Shown here: positions 30,369 to 36,658 of the stretch, one piece after another
Layout of the letters: each line of letters begins with the position of its first letter
Position numbering within the stretch: the stretch's first letter is position 1
From: an uncultured Nitrospinota bacterium
GTDB lineage: Bacteria > Tectomicrobia > Entotheonellia > J063 > CAVPRW01
Direction of reading: 5' to 3'
Length of the DNA stretch: 36,658 nt
Assembly (NCBI GenBank): GCA_963707985.1
Contig: CAVPRW010000038.1
Span: 1 to 36,658 of the forward strand
Notes under the pieces: model-generated
Told to the model about the DNA's origin: nothing
The model's database searches: none
What the model saw: only the letters and a program-made list of their open reading frames with translations
Made by a program: the position numbers and the translations under genes

Positions 30369-30690
30369 TCTTGTCAGAGGAGATCGATCATGTCGCACGA
30401 CCGTGAAAAAAAGTGTCTGGATGACCGTATTATGGTTGACACATCGAGTCGGCCTGCGGGTCCGTGGTCAAGCACCGCATGGAGGGCGACGGCAAGCGGT
30501 GGAGCCTCGCAGGAGCCGAGGCCATGCTGGCGCTGCGCTCGCTCAAGAAGAGCCACGACGCATGATCTCCGGACTACTGGCGGTTCCGTGCCCGTCAGGT
30601 GCGAGTTCGCCTCTACGCTCGCAAGCCGAAATATAGGCCCACGCCCCGATTGAGGCGTGTAGCTTGACTCAACTCAAAACGGTCACGCTC

Positions 30691-30829
30691 GTTCCAACTG
30701 GGCCAGCAACACAGGCATGTCATCGACGCGTGCACTGATAATCTTCAGGGTCTCGGCCATAGTGTGCCTCCTCTGTGGCCGAGACCCTACTACAATTTTT
30801 GAAACCGCTCAAAATTTGAGCGAACCATG
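30691..30829 (-). mobile_element. 5' stub of an IS1634-like transposase cut by the ISKra4 right end
   Basis: GAGGAGG RBS, then ATG 30760 MAETLKIISARVDDMPVLLAQLE, resembling the (T/S)ERVDDIPLL N-terminal motif. Ends exactly at the ISKra4 boundary. Family assignment is from recall. Confidence 0.6.
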
Positions 30830-31555
30830 AGGATATTCTTTCAAGCCGTTAACAAGCCTCTGTTCTGTGGGCTAGTGTTGACGTGCCATGGTGATGCTCC
30901 CAACGAGTGAGGGGTTGCCCAATTTGAGGGAGCATTTCCCCCAGCTCTAGGTCTGCGACGTACTGCTCATGAATTCGCCCCTGGATGTGGGTTTGGCAGA
31001 GGGGCCACTCTGCGTGTGACTCCCTTCCCCGCCTTGTAGATGTGGCAGGGGTGAAGTCCATGACAACGCCAGATTCAAGTTTGAGACATGTGTGGATGAT
31101 CGCATGGGTGCTGCGCAAATACGGGTACCTTGTCCATCCCGGTTCCTTGCGTCATGGATACTCCCATAAATTGCTTTTCGTGAGGTTAATGCCACGGAGC
31201 ATCTCGTGTCATGGCCGAACTTTTTGCCTATCCTACTTTTTTGCCTATCCCAACTGTAATAGGTTTCAAATATTGACGATAAGAAGGGAGAGGTGCATAG
31301 TCGAATATGCATTAAAACGTACTACATTCAGAGGAGTAAATGCTGGCATGTTTGTTGCGTAGATGAGTACAGAGATGCCAACGAACCTGTTTTTGGTCCA
31401 TGAAAGAAGGAGTACAAGCGTACAGTAGGATGAAAGAGGTCGTGTGGTTTAATGGATCACCCTCTTTGTGAGGAAGGATATCAACAGCCTTGATCACGCG
31501 ATAGAGCTAATGTCTATAGTTCAAACACGCATTGCCAACGCTCTACCCTGCTTTA

Positions 31556-31650
31556 TAGCCTGTTAAGGGCAAACCACTCGAAAGGGTGGGGCGCAAAGCC
31601 ACTGGCCTGCGTCTCGCAGCTGCGGGATATGGCAGCAGGGTTGCCGGGCA
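31556..31650 (+). ncRNA. c-di-GMP-I (GEMM) riboswitch
   Basis: AAGGGCAAACCACTCGAAAGGGTGGGGCGCAAAGCCACTGGCCT...GGCAGCAGGGTTGCCG: GAAA tetraloop, GCAAAGCC junction and the 3' GGGTTGCC strand, as in the Vc2 aptamer. Confidence 0.92.
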
Positions 31651-31771
31651 CCCACAGCACCTCTGGCAGGGCTGGGCGCCGTGTACGGCCGTATTGAGGA
31701 TAGCCATCAGCCATCGGGAGAAAAGATACCTTGACCGTTAGGATGGCACGATAAGCAGGAGGTGCATCACA

Positions 31772-33181
31772 ATGAGGTTTATTACGTGTCGGCAGCCAAC
31801 ATTGCAGGCTGCCGCTGCCAGTCACACAAGGGTTTTCCATGATGACGCATCTAGTGTTCTTAAAGTTGGTTTGAGGGTCGTTGTTTGCCTAGTAATGCTC
31901 ACGGGGTTGACAAGCGGAGCTGCAAATGCCGCCACCGGTGACAGGAAAATCATCATCTTTCAGGATGGGACTTCTGTGCAAGTGCAACAACAAGTGGTCG
32001 AGCGGAGCGGTAGTCGGGTGCTACATCTCCTCTCACTGATTAATGGCGTCGCGATCGAGCTACCTACCGAGAACGCCGCGCAGACTCTGGTAGCCCTGCA
32101 ATCGGATCCAATCGTGGTAGGGATTTACGATGACCTCGCCAACTCAGGACAGGATGGAGGAGGTGACAACGTTATTGTCATCACTCCTGCCGATCCTCCT
32201 ACTCAAGAGTTTTACCCTTGGGGACTAGACACAATCCATGTTCCCGACGTGCATCAACAAGAGCCGGGCCTAAAAGGATCTGGAGTAATAGTCGCCATAC
32301 TCGATACCGGTATTGATATGAAACACCCGGATCTGAGCAAGAGTATTAAAGGTGGCTACAACGCAATGGCCGGACAGGAGTTACGAGGCTATCAAGACGA
32401 CAACGGCCATGGGACACATATGGCAGGGATTATTGCGGCACGTATGAATCGCCTTGGGGTCGTCGGTGCAGCGTACCAAGCCCAAATGGTGGCCGTGAAG
32501 GTGCTTGATCAGAATGGAAATGGTCGACTATCCGATCTAATCAACGGACTAGGATGGATTAGTACCAACAAGATTAGAGTCGTCAATATGAGCCTGGGGT
32601 TCTCTGAAGACAGCCCCCTCTTAGAGCGGGCGATCCGACATCTCTATGCGGCGGGTGTGATCATGGTGGCCTCCGCTGGAAACGGAGGCACTACCTGTGC
32701 ACAAGACGGTGGCGGGGATGACGGGGGTGGAGACGATGGGGGCGGAGATGGTATCGCCCAAGATGGCGGCGGCGACGATGGAGGCGGGGATGCCGGCTGC
32801 GAAACCTCTCAAAAAGCTGTCCACTACCCAGCTCGCTATCCCTGGGTGATATCAGTAGCGGCCACGAATGGTGATGACAAGGTAACGGGTTACAGTCAGT
32901 CTGGAAAGGTTGATGTGGCGGCCCCTGGCGGCTCGCAGTCCGGGCCGCGCATTTTCTCTACCAACAACGGGGGAGGCTATGGGTGGGGTAGTGGGACCAG
33001 CCAGGCGGCCGCACATGTCACTGGTGCCCTCGCACTGGTGTTACAAAAGCATCCAAAGATGTCTTATGAGGAGGCGATGACGCTTTTCCAGGAGACGGCT
33101 AGGGATCTCGGCGAGCCGGTGGAGCGCCAGGGGGCGGGATTGATCGATGTAGAGGCCATGATCAAGGCTCTCAAGCGGTGA
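31772..33181 (+). CDS. Secreted subtilisin-family (S8) serine protease with I9-like propeptide and a Gly/Asp-rich insertion
   Basis: GGAGGTG RBS, hydrophobic signal region, VAILDTGID, NGHGTHMAGIIA, ASAGN, SGTSQAAAHVTG. Confidence 0.93.
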   Translation: MRFITCRQPTLQAAAASHTRVFHDDASSVLKVGLRVVVCLVMLTGLTSGAANAATGDRKIIIFQDGTSVQVQQQVVERSGSRVLHLLSLINGVAIELPTENAAQTLVALQSDPIVVGIYDDLANSGQDGGGDNVIVITPADPPTQEFYPWGLDTIHVPDVHQQEPGLKGSGVIVAILDTGIDMKHPDLSKSIKGGYNAMAGQELRGYQDDNGHGTHMAGIIAARMNRLGVVGAAYQAQMVAVKVLDQNGNGRLSDLINGLGWISTNKIRVVNMSLGFSEDSPLLERAIRHLYAAGVIMVASAGNGGTTCAQDGGGDDGGGDDGGGDGIAQDGGGDDGGGDAGCETSQKAVHYPARYPWVISVAATNGDDKVTGYSQSGKVDVAAPGGSQSGPRIFSTNNGGGYGWGSGTSQAAAHVTGALALVLQKHPKMSYEEAMTLFQETARDLGEPVERQGAGLIDVEAMIKALKR

Positions 33182-33367
33182 CGTTGGTGCAGAGACCTCT
33201 CAAACCGTTACGGTGAGGGAAGCTCGGAAAGGCACTCGCCACACGACCTATAGGGCAATGACCCCTAACGTGGGGATGCGATCAACGCCTTCTGCCCGGG
33301 TTTGAAAGGTAAGAGGTCTGTATCTCATCCCCATGCCAGGGAATCAAAGGGAAAAGAAGGAGGTCAG

Positions 33368-35040
33368 ATGCCAAAGTTAGTACGCACGGGATCTCTGACG
33401 TGGTTGTGGGTTTGCCTTTATGTATTGACAGGAAGTTCCTTCGGTCTGGCAGAAACTCTGGGGGGGCTGGAGCCGGATGCGAAGTTCGGGGGTACTTACC
33501 GCCGGGCGCTGGCCAACAATCCGGCTACGCTTGATCCTGCTTTCGTCAGCGATATATATAGCCGCACCGTCGTCACACAGACTATCCAAGGGCCTGGTCC
33601 AGTTCGATGCGCACCTCAACCCTATTCCTGCTATTGCCGAGTTCTGGGAAGCTTCCCGTGATGGTCGCATCTGGACCTTTACCTTGCGCCAGGGAGTCCT
33701 GTTCCATCACGGCAGGGAAGTGACAGCGCAGGATTTTGTCTATTCTTTTACGCGCCTCCTTAGCCCCAAAGCACTTGGGCCCGTGACCGATTTTCTCCGC
33801 CGGATTCAGGGAGCGGATGAGTTCATTGAGGGAAAAACGGCCACAGTTCAAGGGTTGAAAGCCATCGACCGCTATACCCTGCAGTTGGCTCTGAAACGAA
33901 CCTTTCGCCCCTTCTTTGACTGTACTGGGACTGGCCAATGCCGCAGTCGTCCCTCAAGAAGAGGTGGAGCGATTGGGAGACCGCTTCGCCCAGGCTCCGG
34001 TGGGGGCTGGACCGTTTAAGTTGGTACGGTGGGATACTGGCCAGGAAATCTTTTGGAAGCCAATGAGCATTACTATGAGGGCCGACCCTTTCTCGATACC
34101 GTCGTGTTCAAGATTGGCGGGACGTTTGAGCAGACATTCACCCAGTTCCTCGCGGGAAACCTAGATGAGGCAATCATCCCCAGCGGGAAGACGGAAGAGG
34201 TCCAAAACGATCCGCGGTACCGTCAGTATCAAATGCTCCGAAGGCCAACGCTTGGCCTGCTCTTCATCGGGTTTAACACGCATCTCAAACCTTTTGATGA
34301 TAAGCGTGTGCGACAGGCATTCAACTATGGGGTGGACAAGGAAGCCATCGTCCGGGAGATCACTCAAATGGGCAGCTTGCCAGCGAACGGGGTTCTTCCC
34401 CCTGGCATGCCTGGACACGATCCTGATCTCCAGGGGTATTCTTATGATCCCGCTAAGGCCAAGGAGCTCTTGGCAGAAGCAGGATATCCGAACGGGGCCG
34501 GTTTCCCGGTCGTCCAGCTCTGGACGGTCTCCAAAGCTGAGAGTACGAAGGCAGAGCTAGCGGCCTATCGAAGGTATCTGGCCGAGCTAGGCGTAAAGAT
34601 AGACATCCACTTTATAGACCAATGGACGCGCTACACAGAAATGTTACAGCGCGGGGAACTCCAGATATTCCGCTATGCCTGGTATGCGGACTTCCCCGAC
34701 CCTGATAATTTTTTCTTTCCACTCCTCCATTCTGCTGGTCAGCCCAACTATATGCGCTACCGAAATCCTCAAGTGGATCAACTGCTGGAACGGGCCGGAG
34801 GAGTTGGATTACGTGCAGCGGGTCACACTCTATCGTGAAGCAGAACGCATTGTCATGGAAGATGCGCCATGGATTGCTCAGCACAACCACATCTTCGAAT
34901 ACCTGTATCAGCCATATGTGCAAGGCGTCGAGGTTAGCCTCTTGGGCGATCGGTGGATTCCGATGAACAAGATCTGGCTGAAGGGCACCTCGAGAGGGTC
35001 CGGTACGGGGACAGCATCGAATGCCAAGGCAGTGCAGTAA
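33368..35040 (+). CDS. Family-5 ABC substrate-binding protein with four apparent frameshifts (likely consensus errors)
   Basis: GGAGG RBS and signal peptide. NPATLDPA, GLVQFD, WTFTLRQGVLFHHGREVTAQD, PVGAGPFK, PFDDKRVRQAFN, YDPAKAKELLAEAGYPNG, WYADFPDPDNF, MEDAPWI. Confidence 0.88.
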
Positions 35041-36622
35041 TCTTATGCTGCTATTGCCGCCGCTAGCTTATATAAGCGGAGTCCAGAGCGGGCTATGGAA
35101 TATTCTCAGGAATCTGCCTCGCCGCACGCTCCAGCTGCTCCGAGGCAGCCTGCGAGTGAAGTTTATCGTCCTCATCGTGTCCCTGGAAATTGTCCTGATG
35201 GGGGCAGTGACGTTTGTGGTAGAGGGACATCAGCGTCGAGCTATTTTGGAGCAAACACGATTACGCGCGTTATCACTGGGAACCAGCTTAGCTGCTCTGA
35301 GTGAAGGATATTTGCTGAGCTATAACTTCGTTAAGCTAGAACAGGCGTCCGAAAATGTGACGATTAGCGAAGCGGACGTGGTGTATACCGTAACCCATCT
35401 ACGGGATGGAAAAGTCGCGGCATTCAGTGGGCGCAATGAACTCCAGGGCAAAACACTCGATGATCCCGTGAGTCAGCAAGCCCTTGCGGCGGACACGCCG
35501 TTGGTACAGCACATTTTGATGCCTCAGACCAACGCGCCGGGATATGATGTGGCTATTCCAGTCTATGCCCCGGGGAGCCCTAAGAAGTGGGGAACGATTC
35601 GGTTAGGATTTTCCTCGAGCGTGCTTATGAACTTATCCATCAGACCAGACGCGATCTCGCCCTGCTCAGCCTAGCTTCGATATTCTGCGGCACGTCACTT
35701 GCTGTCTTTCTGGCTATGCGCATCTCTAAACCAGTCGGCCAATTGGTGGTAGCAGTCCATCAATTCGCAGGTGGTGCCTACGATCGTCCCATTCAAGTTG
35801 ATGCCAGCGACGAAATAGGCTATTTGGCAGAAGCTTTTGAGCGGATGCGCACGTCGTTGCGGCGCCACCTTGCCCATTTGGCCGAGGAAAAACGACGCCT
35901 AGAGGAAACTAATTGCCGATTGCAGGAGACTCAGCAACAACTCCTCCAGAGTGAGCGCTTGGCGGCTGTGGGCAAGTTAGCTGCTCGGGTGGCTCATGAG
36001 GTCAATAACCCTCTCGCCATTATCAAGACGGGTATTTGCATTCTGAGAAATCAGAGCCGTGAGGACGACTTGACCAATGAGCATCTGAAGATGATCGAGG
36101 AAGAAATCAATCGGATTGCTCGAATCCTCCGAGAACTGCTCGATTTCTCACGTCCCAGCCCCATTGAGCAAATGGTGGACGTGAATGCCGTCATCCAAAG
36201 CCTGGAATTCTTGCTCGCGCAGAATCTCCAAGAAAAGCACATTGCTCTCAGCGTCATGCTCGATCCGACAATCCCACTAGTGCAGATGTCTCCAGATCAC
36301 TTGAAGCAGGTGCTCTTAAATCTAGTGCGCAATGCCGAGGATGCCATGCCTGGTGGAGGCACTTGGGCATTCAGACCTCTCCAGCAGATGCTGGTATGGA
36401 AGTGAGTATCTCGGATAGTGGATGCGGTATCGCGCCAGAACATATCCCCTATCTGTTTGATCCATTCTTCACAACGAAAGCGGATCAAGGGGGGGATGGG
36501 ACTCGGCTTATCTGTTCAGTATATATGGCATCATCAAAAATGCCCATGGACACATCGGAGTCGAGAGCAAAGTCGGCAAGGGGAGTACATTTCGGGTAAT
36601 CTTGGCAGCCTGCAATGCCTAA
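35021..36622 (+). CDS. Membrane HAMP-domain sensor histidine kinase (NtrB-like), frameshifted
   Basis: Two TM helices flanking a Cache-like region, HAMP (ISKPV...DEIGYLAEAFERM), H-box VAHEVNNPL, N-box QVLLNLVRNA, DSGCGI, FDPFFTTK, GMGLGLS. Start uncertain. Confidence 0.88.
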
Positions 36623-36658
36623 GTGCAATCGCTCCCAAAGCGTGACGCCACACAAGGA

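Larger units (their letters stand above)
27918..30448 (+). mobile_element. Minimal large-serine-recombinase integrative element (~2.53 kb) bounded by GAG direct repeats (GA core)
   Basis: Removing it restores the transposase frame GTC GTG GAG TCG GCC TGC. The rejoined ends form an imperfect palindrome centred on GA. Confidence 0.9.
26492..30690 (+). mobile_element. ISKra4-family (IS256-related) element, interrupted by a serine-recombinase element
   Basis: Transposase runs from ATG 26631 (AGGAGG RBS) through PLDAQVNLP, VSVDGKGVP, VVLLDG, LDIMHVVGYLW and GLPVGTGVVE, then resumes at 30449 with SACGSVVKHRMEG.GKRWSLAGAEAMLALR to TGA 30667. Imperfect ends GAGTGTACATGAAATGAGT and ACTCAAAACGGTCACGCTC. 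Confidence 0.9.

Noticed and set aside
30849..31500. Several overlapping short ORFs in an AT-richer spacer
   Set aside because: No motifs or convincing RBS; none could be supported as a gene.
31556..31650. Possible 3',3'-cGAMP (GEMM-Ib) variant
   Set aside because: The position equivalent to Vc2 G20 is G (AGGGCAAACC), which indicates c-di-GMP.
32701..32795. Tandem 15-nt periodicity resembling a CRISPR array or VNTR
   Set aside because: It is a coding Gly/Asp repeat with varied codons and no spacers. No CRISPR array or cas gene was seen in the window.

Overview
GC-rich bacterial window, probably a long-read metagenomic consensus: homopolymer indels are scattered throughout and the first ~3 kb is very noisy. 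The expanded family-5 ABC binding proteins and the IS repertoire suggest a Tectomicrobia/Entotheonella-like organism (inference only). Ordinary genes are a frameshifted arylsulfatase, an L,D-transpeptidase, an NRDE protein, a Tat-exported SpdH-like flavoprotein, a Dpp/Opp-type ABC operon (three intact and one deleted binding-protein paralogues), VapBC, a CYTH protein, a BtuF-like protein, an NHL-repeat protein behind a cobalamin riboswitch, a subtilase behind a c-di-GMP-I riboswitch, and a binding protein plus HAMP histidine kinase. Mobile DNA comprises IS66, ISAzo13, ISKra4 and IS1634-like remnants. Two observations stand out. (1) A 2.5-kb minimal large-serine-recombinase element sits at the GA of the predicted catalytic Glu codon of the ISKra4 transposase; its rejoined ends form a symmetric attP and a TTGACA-17-TATACT promoter. 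(2) Four unrelated mobile elements carry a nearly exclusive A:T->C:G substitution signature, and about ten +1 frameshifts show the ancestral and derived base side by side, pointing to ongoing hypermutation or adenine modification. Family consensus sequences used for comparison are recalled, not computed.
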